Source: an uncultured virus (IMG/VR IMGVR_UViG_3300044715_001903)
Lineage: Duplodnaviria; Heunggongvirae; Uroviricota; Caudoviricetes
DNA: 64,000 nt
Reading direction: 5' to 3' (one strand)
Virus record (IMG/VR): IMGVR_UViG_3300044715_001903
Shown: one piece after another, positions 38,009-48,263 of the stretch
Layout: every line of letters starts with the position of its first letter
Position numbering within the stretch: the first letter of the stretch is position 1
Program-made: the position numbers and the translations under genes
Notes under the pieces: generated by a model
Told to the model about the DNA's origin: nothing
Databases searched by the model: none
What the model saw: only the letters and a program-made list of their open reading frames with translations

Positions 38009-38080
38009 AAATTAAATTTAATTTTGTTTGTACCGTTATTGTTCCCATTGGGAAAAATAAGTCAAAACGAAAAAACTTTT

Positions 38081-38803
38081 ATGGCTTTATCGGATATCAA
38101 AGATTTGTTATCAGCCATTTGGGGGGTAACAAGAGATCGCATCCCTGTATTGTCCAACGGCAAAATCCCTGTAGAAGTTGGTAGCTTAAATGTCACGGTC
38201 GGCAATGCTTCTTTGGAGATCGCTAATGATGTAGGTAATCCTGTTCCAATTAATGATGCGGGGGGCAGTATTACAGTAGACGGTACATTTTGGCAATCTA
38301 CACAGCCCGTCAGTATTGCTACTTCTCCGGCAGGTTTAGCTTATGTATCTTCAGCTTCATTAACAAGACCCGCTAACGTCACAGCTTACACAGCTAATGA
38401 TGTGTATGGTGGTGTATTTGAACTTCAGAATATTGGTGCTAGTGGTGGGTTTATATTTATTGAAAGCTTAGATATTATTTTCAATATCACAGCAGTACCA
38501 GCAGGTATGAGTACCTTTACCTTGTATTTATACGGTGTTACCCCACCATCAGCTATAGCTGATAATCTACCATTTTCTATATCTTCTGGAGATAGAGCAA
38601 GTATTCTCAATCCCAGAGGTATAGCTTTATCTGCATCATTAGCTCAAGGTGGTGGTAGTGTAGTTGCTGAGGTGAGAAACCTAAACCAACTTTATAAACT
38701 AACTGGCACTTCTTTGTTTGGATATGTGGTGACAAGTGGTGCATTTACTCCGGCTGCAAATAGTGAAAGTTTTACAATTAGAGTTAGGAGTTTTGCACCA
38801 TGA
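38081..38803 (+). CDS. Virion fibre/decoration protein
   Basis: Small-residue-rich beta protein; TRPANVTAYTANDV. Confidence 0.6.
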   Translation: MALSDIKDLLSAIWGVTRDRIPVLSNGKIPVEVGSLNVTVGNASLEIANDVGNPVPINDAGGSITVDGTFWQSTQPVSIATSPAGLAYVSSASLTRPANVTAYTANDVYGGVFELQNIGASGGFIFIESLDIIFNITAVPAGMSTFTLYLYGVTPPSAIADNLPFSISSGDRASILNPRGIALSASLAQGGGSVVAEVRNLNQLYKLTGTSLFGYVVTSGAFTPAANSESFTIRVRSFAP

Positions 38804-39687
38804 GAACTTCTACTAGAATGGTGGTGTTGCGTGGTTTTAAATGTGTTCTTGATTTAATTTCTGTTATAGTCTCTGTCGCTTATGGATTAAGACGGCTTTC
38901 CAGGTTTTGGACTGGCGCAGCTATAAGAGTAATGAGAACTAGTGATGGTGCGGAGCTAGATATTGGTTTTATTGGAGAGGATTTAGATGTAGTTACATTA
39001 TTAGCATTTGTCGGTTTGGCCAACGGTGAGATTGTTATCTGGTATGATCAATCTGGCAATGGTCGTCATGCAGTTTCACCTACGGCGGCGAGCCGCCCGC
39101 GCATTGTCGTTAATGGCGTTTTACAAACGCAAAACGGAAAGCCGGAAATCAGGTTTGATGGCGTGGATGATTATTTAGCTGCCGCTTCTCCGCTTATTGA
39201 CACAACGCACAGTTTGTTTATTCTGTTCACACCGACGATTGAAAATGAATTTGGGACTGTTTTTGGGCAGTGGAAATCGGGGGAAAATGGCCGTTTTTAC
39301 GTTATTGCAAACCAAGTATCGGTTGGGCCTATTTCGGCTGGGCGCTTAAACGTAGCCAACACTTCATCGACGGGAGGCGGAGGCAGCGGAGGTTCAGCCA
39401 TAGATGTTGCTATTTCAAATACACTCACTTTGATCACATCTATATCAACCACCGGAAGCGAGCAGTGGAAACTGTTTAAGAACGGCGCGGAATGGGATAG
39501 CGCAACAATTTCGCGCGTCTATACGGGGGTCAATAGCGCGATAGGTTCGTTGAATGGAACTGGATCATTGTTCCCATTTGACGGCACTGTATCAGAATTG
39601 ATTTCGTTCCCCTCCGTCCTCTCCACCACCAACCGACAAACGCTTGAGCGTAATCAGGGTAAGTACTACAGCATCACAGTAGCTTGA
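38800..39687 (+). CDS. ConA/LamG-like (arabinofuranosidase-B catalytic-like) receptor-binding protein
   Basis: AYGLRRL...G.AIRV.R.SD.AE.DIGF, WYDQSGNG.H, FDGVDD. Confidence 0.75.
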   Translation: MRTSTRMVVLRGFKCVLDLISVIVSVAYGLRRLSRFWTGAAIRVMRTSDGAELDIGFIGEDLDVVTLLAFVGLANGEIVIWYDQSGNGRHAVSPTAASRPRIVVNGVLQTQNGKPEIRFDGVDDYLAAASPLIDTTHSLFILFTPTIENEFGTVFGQWKSGENGRFYVIANQVSVGPISAGRLNVANTSSTGGGGSGGSAIDVAISNTLTLITSISTTGSEQWKLFKNGAEWDSATISRVYTGVNSAIGSLNGTGSLFPFDGTVSELISFPSVLSTTNRQTLERNQGKYYSITVA

Positions 39688-39763
39688 GGAAAATCATGAA
39701 AATTTTGCAACTATTATTTACGATGCTGTCAATAGAATAACTATTAGTGGATAATTAAAAACC

Positions 39764-40195
39764 ATGACAAAACAACAATGGCTGCTTTCTCAAATTGAAC
39801 AATTCCCTGAACTATCTCCCAGGGAATTAACTTCATACCTCAACGATAAAGTATTAGTAGATAATCCAGTGCCAATAGGACAAGTATCTGTGACAACTAC
39901 CTTAGAGGAAGTTTCAGCAGTAGTCACAGATGCGGAAGTTTTGGCACTAGCTGAAAGTCCAGTCTATTTAAGGATATTGGATGCTATTACCCAAAATCGA
40001 CCTGATTGGATTGTTGGAAATTTAACTATTTTAAAACGTGGAGGTAAGTTAAGTCAGGCAAGTTTTGATGCTATCATAGCGTTACTGCAACGAACTGAAC
40101 CAGACCCCAATTACCAAGAGCAAATAAGTATAAGCCCTGCTGAGTTAGCGGGGTATAGGGCTATTTTAGTTAGTGATGTAGAAGAGTTGATTTAA
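39764..40195 (+). CDS. Hypothetical virion-associated protein, paralogue of 48862..49320
   Basis: Shared LN...L..NP, WI.GN...L..GG.LSQ.S.DAIIA.L..TE.DP.YQ.QI. Confidence 0.75.
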   Translation: MTKQQWLLSQIEQFPELSPRELTSYLNDKVLVDNPVPIGQVSVTTTLEEVSAVVTDAEVLALAESPVYLRILDAITQNRPDWIVGNLTILKRGGKLSQASFDAIIALLQRTEPDPNYQEQISISPAELAGYRAILVSDVEELI

Positions 40196-40257
40196 AACCA
40201 CTTAGAAATAAGGGGTTTACGAGACAAAAATCAAAACCAATCTTTAAGAGGTATAAA

Positions 40258-41085
40258 ATGACCAAGAATTATACTCCTGATCTCATTGAAGATTTAGGTA
40301 ATTTAGGTAATGGTATTCAACTAGGAATGATGTTAATTCCCGGTGACACTTTTATCATGGGTTCTCCACCAGAAGAATTGGAACACAGCGACAGAGAAAG
40401 TCCCCAACATTCTGTCACAGTCCAGCCCTTCTTTATGGGTAAATATCAAGTTACCCAAGCACAATGGCGATTTGCTGCTCAGTTGCCCCAAGTGAACAAA
40501 GAACTAGACCCAGACCCATCTTATTTTAAAGGTGATAATCTGCCTGTTGAGTGTGTATCATGGAATGATGCTCAAGAATTTTGTGCCAGACTTTCCCGAA
40601 TGGGAAATAAAACCTATCGTTTACCTACTGAAGCTGAATGGGAATATGCCTGTCGAGCAGGAACTAAAACACCGTTTCACTTTGGAGAGACGATAACAAC
40701 CGATTTGGCTAACTATGATGGTAATCACACTTATGGTCAAGGATCTAAAGGAGTTTATCGAAAAGAAACAACAGCAGTAGGGAGTTTTGGAGTAGCTAAT
40801 AACTTTGGATTGTACGATATGCACGGGAATCTAGACGAATGGTGTTTGGATGACTGGCATGATAATTATAAAGATGCACCCACAGATGGCAGTGCATGGT
40901 TTAGTAGTGATGATAAACTAAGTGACAAAACAGGACGCGCCGTACTGCGGGGCGGGTCTTGGTTCTACTTTCCTCAATACTGCCGTTCCGCGTCTCGTCG
41001 CAGCACCTATAGGGACGAGCGCACCCTCATCTACGGCAATCTTGGTTTTCGTGTTGTCTGCGTTGTTGAGAGGCCTTTTCTGTAG
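40258..41085 (+). CDS. FGE-sulfatase (C-type lectin fold) protein with DGR-type variable C-terminus
   Basis: FIMGSP, ESPQH.V, RLPTEAEWEYACRAG, FGLYDMHGN, VLRGGSW...GFRVVC. Confidence 0.92.
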   Translation: MTKNYTPDLIEDLGNLGNGIQLGMMLIPGDTFIMGSPPEELEHSDRESPQHSVTVQPFFMGKYQVTQAQWRFAAQLPQVNKELDPDPSYFKGDNLPVECVSWNDAQEFCARLSRMGNKTYRLPTEAEWEYACRAGTKTPFHFGETITTDLANYDGNHTYGQGSKGVYRKETTAVGSFGVANNFGLYDMHGNLDEWCLDDWHDNYKDAPTDGSAWFSSDDKLSDKTGRAVLRGGSWFYFPQYCRSASRRSTYRDERTLIYGNLGFRVVCVVERPFL

Positions 41086-41138
41086 CCCTTTACACTTTTC
41101 CTCTTTTGCCCTTGGTGGTGTTTTCTACCAAGGTTTCG

Positions 41139-42656
41139 TTAATCACTGCTTATAAAACCTGTATTCTCAGCAGTTTTGTTGTTAGAAATTTCCCCTAAAG
41201 CCTTTTCAATAGCGATCGCATCAAGGTCGTAGCTCCTAGCTGCACGCTTGACAAAATGCTTCTGAATTTCCTTTTTGAATGTTGGGGATGCTATAGCCGC
41301 AGCATCCATCAACTGCATATCTTGTAAAAGTTCTGTTAGACTAAAACCTAAAAATTCGTCATAACCTGTAATTTCCCAATCAACAACTTCCCCATGAGCG
41401 ATCGCCGCAGGTTTGAGAATTTGTAGCACAAATTCTTTGACACATTGCCCATATCGCTCTAATAAAATTTCTTCTGGTCTTCTATCTTCTGCCTTGGAAA
41501 CTCCCGACCGAGCAATTATAGCCGCACCATCCGACGCGCTCATGGCTATTTGTTGAAGTACGTCATAAATATCTCGCTTAATCTCAGAGCGATAACTAAT
41601 AGCGGTTTGGATATTTCCGCCGCTACGCTCAAATGATGTGATGGATTGCCCTGTTTTTAATGTTAAATAATATCCGTCCCCCATCTTCCGATTTTGCAGT
41701 GGATCATCATCTTCATCATCCACGCCCGTGATTATAGGCATTGAATAATTGCTTGTATAAAGCGCGTATTCTGCCGCCGCAGTTTGGTTAAAATAAGACT
41801 TTTGGCAATCAAATAATTGTGCCGCCATCCATAGTGATTTTGGTAAAGTCAAGGTAACAATCGGAAATTCAAATTTACCCCGGACATTAAAAATCGGTGC
41901 ATCTTCAATAACAGTTTCAATCGTGATTTCTTTGCGGTCTACTGTATCAATAAACGACTGAGGTGGCACTGGCTTATTATCTTTAGGAATCTTTTTAACA
42001 ATATATTTGGAGGTAAAAACCGCGCCATCTGCTAAACGATAAAAAACAGTAAAAGTATGCTGTGGAATTGGCGCACTATCCCATGTTTGTTGCACTAATT
42101 GGAATTGGTGCAATTTACAAAAACTAAATCCCTCCCGTCCGCTTTTCCAGTCCCACATTGCAGTCCTGGGGTGAAGGATTACATACGGGTTTAGCTCTCC
42201 CGATTCCTTTTGTTGCGCCAACGATACCGCGCCAACTGCCGATTTAGTATCTATTTGTGCGATCGCTTTACCAGTTGTCAATGCCATAAACATCGAGTTC
42301 ATCAAGAAAGTGTTGAACGATGCTCTACCGTCGTCGTCGCCTTCCAGTAATGCCCCATTTTTAAAAAACTCATTACTCCAAAACGGATCGGTACTTCCAG
42401 TGGGTACAGCCGGATTTTTAAAAAGTTCTGAGTTGAATCTGGATAAAATTGGTGAGATTTTATTACAATATGTGGCTAACCTTGTCCGTTCCTTCATAAC
42501 TCCCTCTGGCCTGCCGTCGGGATTAGGTAAAAGTTTCCGCTTCATGTCATCTGTCATGGAATCACCACCCTCAACTACTGCGGTTAGGAGTTCCCAGTAT
42601 TCGCAAAATTGGATGTGTTCAGGATGACGGCGTTTAAGTGCTTCTAATGTTGGCAT
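41139..42656 (-). CDS. Portal protein
   Basis: 505 aa; HPE....W..L..V.EGG...LLP......ER.RLA.Y.N; RSGVSK..D. Confidence 0.8.
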   Translation of the reverse strand: MPTLEALKRRHPEHIQFCEYWELLTAVVEGGDSMTDDMKRKLLPNPDGRPEGVMKERTRLATYCNKISPILSRFNSELFKNPAVPTGSTDPFWSNEFFKNGALLEGDDDGRASFNTFLMNSMFMALTTGKAIAQIDTKSAVGAVSLAQQKESGELNPYVILHPRTAMWDWKSGREGFSFCKLHQFQLVQQTWDSAPIPQHTFTVFYRLADGAVFTSKYIVKKIPKDNKPVPPQSFIDTVDRKEITIETVIEDAPIFNVRGKFEFPIVTLTLPKSLWMAAQLFDCQKSYFNQTAAAEYALYTSNYSMPIITGVDDEDDDPLQNRKMGDGYYLTLKTGQSITSFERSGGNIQTAISYRSEIKRDIYDVLQQIAMSASDGAAIIARSGVSKAEDRRPEEILLERYGQCVKEFVLQILKPAAIAHGEVVDWEITGYDEFLGFSLTELLQDMQLMDAAAIASPTFKKEIQKHFVKRAARSYDLDAIAIEKALGEISNNKTAENTGFISSD

Positions 42657-42700
42657 AGGGAAAACTCATAATGTTGTTGATAAGAATTTTCCCTGTGAGC

Positions 42701-42756
42701 TTATAAGACCTCGCGGTAAGCGTAAAACTCAGCGGCTTTAGCCCTGAGAGTGTCAA
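42701..42756 (+). mobile_element. 56-bp IS200/IS605-derived miniature element, copy 2
   Basis: TTATAAGACCTCGCGGTAAGCGTAAAACTCAGCGGCTTTAGCCCTGAGAGTGTCAA. Confidence 0.65.
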
Positions 42757-42764
42757 TTGTCAGG

Positions 42765-43340
42765 TTATAATATTTTTTCTGCTTGCAAATCATGGGAACT
42801 ATCGGCTAGTTCCCAACGAATTTCTTTTTCTAATAGAGAAATCCAGTTGGTTCTCTCTATTTGCGATCGCCAAGGAAACTTTTTGCTATTGGATACCTTT
42901 AGAGCATGAAAGGCTACGGATGCGATCGCATTTTTGGAGGCATTTCTAACGAATCCACTACTCTCGATCCTGTCACCGCAAAGATCAACGTCCCACAAAT
43001 AAGTAGGAGTGACAGTGCCATTAATGCCAGACCTGAATACACCGAAACGGTGTGTCTGGTTTTGATATTCTCGATTTCTTCCGGCGGAGAAATTAGATCG
43101 CCGTAGATTTCTGCCCAGGGTGGACAGGCTATCAAGGGCAATGATGAGGTCGTAATCTCCGACTCTGGGGAGAGGGATAATCCTGTATCCGTCCCCTTTT
43201 TTTCTGTCAATCTTGGCGACGGCGCAGTGGAATCCGTATTCCACAGAAACCAATGTGCGGTTTTGTGGTTTTGATTTGCCCGTGATTCTAAGCCATGCTT
43301 TGGTAATGAGCTTTTCAATTTTTTTTATCCAATTTTTCAT
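42765..43340 (-). CDS. Hypothetical protein
   Basis: 191-aa ORF. Confidence 0.6.
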   Translation of the reverse strand: MKNWIKKIEKLITKAWLRITGKSKPQNRTLVSVEYGFHCAVAKIDRKKGDGYRIIPLPRVGDYDLIIALDSLSTLGRNLRRSNFSAGRNREYQNQTHRFGVFRSGINGTVTPTYLWDVDLCGDRIESSGFVRNASKNAIASVAFHALKVSNSKKFPWRSQIERTNWISLLEKEIRWELADSSHDLQAEKIL

Positions 43341-43390
43341 AAGATTACCATTTAAGTAACAATGCTTAAAAAACTAAAATAATAATTTAA

Positions 43391-43720
43391 CTATTCTCGA
43401 TCTTCATTATCTAAGAATTTAGCATCTAAGAATTTAGCGATTTTAGTAGCTATGCCATCAGTAGGTGCGCCTAGTAAATAGGCTATCAATGATATTTGGG
43501 CGATCGCCAATACTTGGGGAATTTCTTCAATAGAAAATGATTTTATTTCTGGTATATTTTGGGGGAATTCAATCTCGATCCGAACAGTTTGCACCCCCAT
43601 CAATCCGATGATCATAAATGCGAAAAAATAACTATATCCTTTCCCAACACTAGAATCTTTTTTCATAATTAGTAAATAGCGACCACCCGTGATTGCGATC
43701 GCTAAAGCTAAAGAGTGCAT
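43391..43720 (-). CDS. Small membrane protein (holin candidate)
   Basis: Two hydrophobic helices and a charged C-terminus. Confidence 0.45.
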   Translation of the reverse strand: MHSLALAIAITGGRYLLIMKKDSSVGKGYSYFFAFMIIGLMGVQTVRIEIEFPQNIPEIKSFSIEEIPQVLAIAQISLIAYLLGAPTDGIATKIAKFLDAKFLDNEDRE

Positions 43721-43787
43721 CTATTGATAAATTGATTATAGCATTTTATTGACTGATATTACAACTTGTGCAGTCGTCTCCCAGGAA

Positions 43788-44129
43788 TCACAAAAACCTC
43801 CTGACCTGTTCAAATTTTCCACTAAAAGCAGCCGCCGTCACGCCCTGCTGCTGGATAGTCCACTCTTTGCAAATGTAAAGTTTTCCGTCGTCGGTAGTGC
43901 CATCAAGCGACAATCTGAATGGTGAACCCCGTCGCGTCCTCAAAAATTCATCTACTTCGGCAAAATTAATAATATTTACGTTGATATCCCACGCGCTGCT
44001 AATGGTATTAATGCCCTTGGTGGTACGTTGTTCTACCCCAACTTCACCATATTTAGTTTTGGCAATATCAGCGGTTTCGGTTTCTGGATTACTCCAAGTT
44101 GGGGTTAAGGGAATTATTGGGTAAGTCAT
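43788..44129 (-). CDS. Minor tail protein M-like (distal tail)
   Basis: KYG..G.EQR...GIN....W...FL..R.G.PF...YICKEW...FEQV. Confidence 0.8.
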   Translation of the reverse strand: MTYPIIPLTPTWSNPETETADIAKTKYGEVGVEQRTTKGINTISSAWDINVNIINFAEVDEFLRTRRGSPFRLSLDGTTDDGKLYICKEWTIQQQGVTAAAFSGKFEQVRRFL

Positions 44130-44413
44130 AGAATATTTACCTTATAACCAAGCGCCATTAACTTGACGCTTACTGTACTTGTGTCGTCAGCGTGTCTCAT
44201 CCCATTTACCTGAAACGTGAACGTCATAGGAGACAAGCAAACGCCCGTCAAGACACCATTAATAAGTAATGTTTTTAGTTCAGGAATAATCTTGATTAAG
44301 TCCAAAAACCACGATTCATCCAATAAACTGGAAATGGGTTTTCCCTTTATCACAACTTTAATTTCAGGATCTTCGCCCATATTGCCTATATTGTTTAAAC
44401 CTAAATAACTCAT
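44126..44413 (-). CDS. Hypothetical protein
   Basis: Coupled to the gpM-like gene; start uncertain. Confidence 0.4.
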   Translation of the reverse strand: MSYLGLNNIGNMGEDPEIKVVIKGKPISSLLDESWFLDLIKIIPELKTLLINGVLTGVCLSPMTFTFQVNGMRHADDTSTVSVKLMALGYKVNIL

Positions 44414-45023
44414 GATTACAATCTATTTACAAGGGGAACTTGCAGATTATTTTACCCCACAAATTACCGTTGCTGTATCTAGTGTTGCCGAAGCTATCGC
44501 AGCATTAAAAGCCAACTTCAAAGACTTTGCTAATTACTTGTTTGAAGCGGCTTCGTTTGGGGTAAATTATCAAATCCGGGTAGGGTATCAAGAGATTGGG
44601 GAGGAGCATCTAAAATGCCCAATTTCCAAAAAAGTCCAATCAATCCGCATTACGCCTATAATTGCTGGGGCTGGTGCGGCTGGCAGGATTATCGCCGGGG
44701 TGGCACTGATTGGGTTGGCTGTAGCGGCTTCGTTTGGGGTTGTTGGGCTATTGGGAGTAGCGCCGCTGACAGTTGGGCTAACTGGGGGCGCGTTGTTGTT
44801 TCAGGGCATTTCCGCGCTATTCAGTAGACAAGATTCACCCAGCGGGGATGATAAAAAATCCCTAGTGTTTGGTGGCACGTCAACAACCGTTAAAGAAGGG
44901 GGTCGCGTGCCGATTATTTACGGGGTGGCGTTGGTGGGGATCTACGTTATCAGTGCCAAGATTACAACTTCCTATGTTTCCGGTGGTAGTGGTGGAGGCG
45001 GTGGTGGAGGTGGTGGGAAATAG
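44412..45023 (+). CDS. Tail assembly protein I (lambda gpI-like)
   Basis: TIYLQGEL...EAI.AL...I.P.IAGAG...G..VPIIYG...VISA. Confidence 0.9.
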   Translation: MITIYLQGELADYFTPQITVAVSSVAEAIAALKANFKDFANYLFEAASFGVNYQIRVGYQEIGEEHLKCPISKKVQSIRITPIIAGAGAAGRIIAGVALIGLAVAASFGVVGLLGVAPLTVGLTGGALLFQGISALFSRQDSPSGDDKKSLVFGGTSTTVKEGGRVPIIYGVALVGIYVISAKITTSYVSGGSGGGGGGGGGK

Positions 45024-45218
45024 GCAATAAAAAACCCGCCATTGCTGACGGGTTTAACTATTTGCTTCTTGCTTTTTCACCCTCTTTCGCTGTTCTGGGT
45101 TTTGACTTCGGTGGTTTTTGCAATATCCTGTCCTATTTTGCGGAGACAGAGATTTGCAGCAAACGGTGTAGGGATTTTTTAAACCCTGGCAAATATTTAT
45201 CATGGGAGTAGCATTTTA

Positions 45219-45689
45219 ATGAATACCATGACATTTGATGTAGCTAAATTTGTTGATCCGAATATCGCGCACTCACCAATACTAATTTCTTCAACTAATC
45301 TCACGCCTAAAAAATGCGTCAAATTAGCTAATGGCAAATACGGCATTTATGATGCTGGAATATTTGCTAATATTGGGGATAATTGGTGGAATGTTGATGG
45401 GGGGCATATAAAGATTTTTCGCGCTCAATTTCTATTGCAATTACAAACTTTCTATCAAGATTTGGTTTATAAAAGCGCACACCCCGATAACTTTAAATTC
45501 CGCCATTTCTCAGGCGCTAATATTTCTGGTTTTGCATGGGAATTAGAGCGTGCATTAATCCCTCTCTATTTCCCAGACGGAATATATATCCCTGATCAAA
45601 ATGGTGATATATTCCGTCACATAGTGAGAAATTACAAGCTTGCGTCTGAGTTTATAGAAATAGAATTTAGATGCCAGGGACGAATATAA
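45219..45689 (+). CDS. Hypothetical protein
   Basis: GGAG RBS; preceded by a GGCAAA motif. Confidence 0.6.
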   Translation: MNTMTFDVAKFVDPNIAHSPILISSTNLTPKKCVKLANGKYGIYDAGIFANIGDNWWNVDGGHIKIFRAQFLLQLQTFYQDLVYKSAHPDNFKFRHFSGANISGFAWELERALIPLYFPDGIYIPDQNGDIFRHIVRNYKLASEFIEIEFRCQGRI

Positions 45690-46001
45690 TTTAACTGAAA
45701 TGGGGGTAACTTTAATGACACAAAAAATAATTTCAGCCTTGCGTGGCAAAGCAATCTATTAAGGAAAAGACTTCTGTCCATGAGAAGTTTTGGTAAACCA
45801 CTATATACTGAAGATGATCTAGAGTTCTGGACAAGCTACAAGTTTCTCGCGCTCCGTAATGGGAAAACAGTCGATGAGATTATTGACGAAACTTGGGATG
45901 ATTACTATACAGCACTAGAATATTAAACAGTCTTACCAATTAGCCATGGCGGTAATCATTTCCCATCCTGGCAAAAATAACCACAAACATCAATTGTGGT
46001 T

Positions 46002-48260
46002 ATGCCGAAAAAACAATTTAAAGGATTTGGCGGTAGTGGCGGCGGAGGCGGCAAACCTCCAGAAACCGCAGTATCAGGAACTTCCGTTTCAATCGCATCA
46101 GTTTTAGGGATTGTGTCAGAGGGAGAAATAGAAGGACCAATAGCTGGGCTAAAATCTGTCTACCTTGATGAAACTCCTATTCAAAATACCGACGGCTCTC
46201 TGAACTTCGACGGATTTACATGGGATTACAGGCTCGGAACTCAAGGGCAAAGCAGGATGCCTGGTTTTGGGGATGAAATAACCTCAGAAACTAGCGTTAG
46301 TTCTGAAGTGAAAAACCTACTCCCAGTTACCCGCACAATTACCAACGCCAATCTAGATATTATTCGTGTTCGATTGGGTGTGGTCCTACAGGAATATCCG
46401 CCAGATGGGGGCGTGCTGGGGTTAAATGTAGGGTTTAAGATTTTTATTAAACAGGGTGCGGGTGCGTTTGTTCTCGTTTATGAAGGCAATATAGGCGGAC
46501 GCTTTGCCACGATAACAGAATTTGAATACGCCTTTGCAGTTAATAACACCGGTGGCACGGTTTCAAGCTTCAGCGTCCGCGTAGAACGAACTACGCCGCA
46601 GGACGCAGACGAAACACGGTATCAACGGGTTTTAAGGTGGCAATCCTACACACAAGCAACTGAAGTTAAACTTGCATATCCCAACAGCGCATTATTTGGG
46701 TTTAGTTTTAAGGCGGCTCAGTTCCAATCATTGCCCCAAATATCCCTGAAGTTAGCAGGGCGGAAAATTCAAATTCCCAGCAATGCCACCCCTACCGCTA
46801 CAAGGGGGCTAACATTTAGCGGAACTTGGAATGGGACTTTTACTACGCCATCGGTAGCAGTGGCAGATCCGGCGTGGATTTTATATGACTTAATCACCAA
46901 TACTCGCTACGGACTTGGTAGATTTATCAATCAGTCCCAAATTGATAAATGGGCATTATACGAAATTAGCCAATACTGCAATGAGTACGTCCCTAATGGC
47001 TATGGCGGCACAGAGCATAGGTTTCAATGCCATTTATTGCTAGAGGGCAAAGACGAGGCGTACAAAGTAATTCAGCAGTTTCTATCAATATTTCGTGGCT
47101 TCTCCTACTGGATGTCTGGAGCAATCGGATTTGTGGCAGACAAACCCGGATCACCAGTGGCACAATTTACCCAATCTGATATTGAAGAGGGGATGTTTTC
47201 GTACACTCGCACAGGGCTGAAAACCAGACACACTATAGCATTAGTAACTTGGGCAAATCCTGACGACTTCTACCGTCAATCCGTAGAAGCAATTGACGAT
47301 CCTGATGGAATTGCTAAATATGGCGTAAGGGAAATTGAGCTATCTGCTTTTGCTTGCACGTCAAGAGGACAAGCGCGACGGGCTGGGTATGCCACGCTGC
47401 TAACTGACAGACTGGAGCAGGAAACCGTAACTTTTAAAAGCAGGGCATACGGGACTTATACAAAGCCCGGCGATATTATCAGGATCATGGACTCAAAAAG
47501 GGCTGATATCCGGTATGGCGGGCTGATCGCGGCGGCCACTACAACAGCAATCACTCTTGATAATCCTGTGGAAATTCTAGAGGATGAAACTTACACCCTC
47601 ACGGTAATGCTTGCTGATGGCACGGTTCACGAAAGAGTCGTTACCAACTCGCCAGGAACAGCCGCGATAATCCTCACTTTAAATTTAGCCCTATCATCAG
47701 CACCACCCCCGGAGTCAAACTGGATTCTCGCGTCATCTACGGTACAGCCGCAGTTATTCCGGGTTTTGAATCGTGTTCCAAGTGCTGGCAGCATGGAAAT
47801 GTTTCACGAAATTACGGCCATCGAGTACAATCCCGCCAAATATTCTCGAATTGAAAATGGCTGGAGTCTTGAGCCGTTGCCAGAGCGGCGTAATCCTCCC
47901 GTCGTTGTGTCAGTTCCTAGAAATATCACCTTTAGCTACCGAACAATTGACCTGTTTGATCTCAATGCAGTATGGGATTTTCCATTGCTAAATAGTAAGC
48001 GTGATCCATATATCACAGGCTACACAATTGAATTACGCCTTGGCGACGATGGTTTGTGGGGGAATACCAGATTTGAAACAAGTGCCTCAACACAATTTAC
48101 AAACATATCGGCTGGGAAATATTACGTCAGAGTCGCGGCAGTTGACATTAACGGCAGGTCATCGCGTTGGGTTGCTTCTAGTCCGATAAACCTGAATAAA
48201 TATAACTGGAATGCGACTTTCACTTCTCGATATGCCTCTGTTTTTGCAATGGAATTTTAA
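46002..48260 (+). CDS. Tail tip/host specificity protein J (lambda gpJ-like)
   Basis: SEGEIEG, YPNSAL, DPAWILYDL.TN.RYGLG, CTSRGQARR, C-terminal FN3. Confidence 0.93.
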   Translation: MPKKQFKGFGGSGGGGGKPPETAVSGTSVSIASVLGIVSEGEIEGPIAGLKSVYLDETPIQNTDGSLNFDGFTWDYRLGTQGQSRMPGFGDEITSETSVSSEVKNLLPVTRTITNANLDIIRVRLGVVLQEYPPDGGVLGLNVGFKIFIKQGAGAFVLVYEGNIGGRFATITEFEYAFAVNNTGGTVSSFSVRVERTTPQDADETRYQRVLRWQSYTQATEVKLAYPNSALFGFSFKAAQFQSLPQISLKLAGRKIQIPSNATPTATRGLTFSGTWNGTFTTPSVAVADPAWILYDLITNTRYGLGRFINQSQIDKWALYEISQYCNEYVPNGYGGTEHRFQCHLLLEGKDEAYKVIQQFLSIFRGFSYWMSGAIGFVADKPGSPVAQFTQSDIEEGMFSYTRTGLKTRHTIALVTWANPDDFYRQSVEAIDDPDGIAKYGVREIELSAFACTSRGQARRAGYATLLTDRLEQETVTFKSRAYGTYTKPGDIIRIMDSKRADIRYGGLIAAATTTAITLDNPVEILEDETYTLTVMLADGTVHERVVTNSPGTAAIILTLNLALSSAPPPESNWILASSTVQPQLFRVLNRVPSAGSMEMFHEITAIEYNPAKYSRIENGWSLEPLPERRNPPVVVSVPRNITFSYRTIDLFDLNAVWDFPLLNSKRDPYITGYTIELRLGDDGLWGNTRFETSASTQFTNISAGKYYVRVAAVDINGRSSRWVASSPINLNKYNWNATFTSRYASVFAMEF

Positions 48261-48263
48261 CAA

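Noticed and set aside
40258..41112. Complete DGR
   Set aside because: No reverse transcriptase, Avd or AAC-rich template repeat found in the window; only the target is supported.
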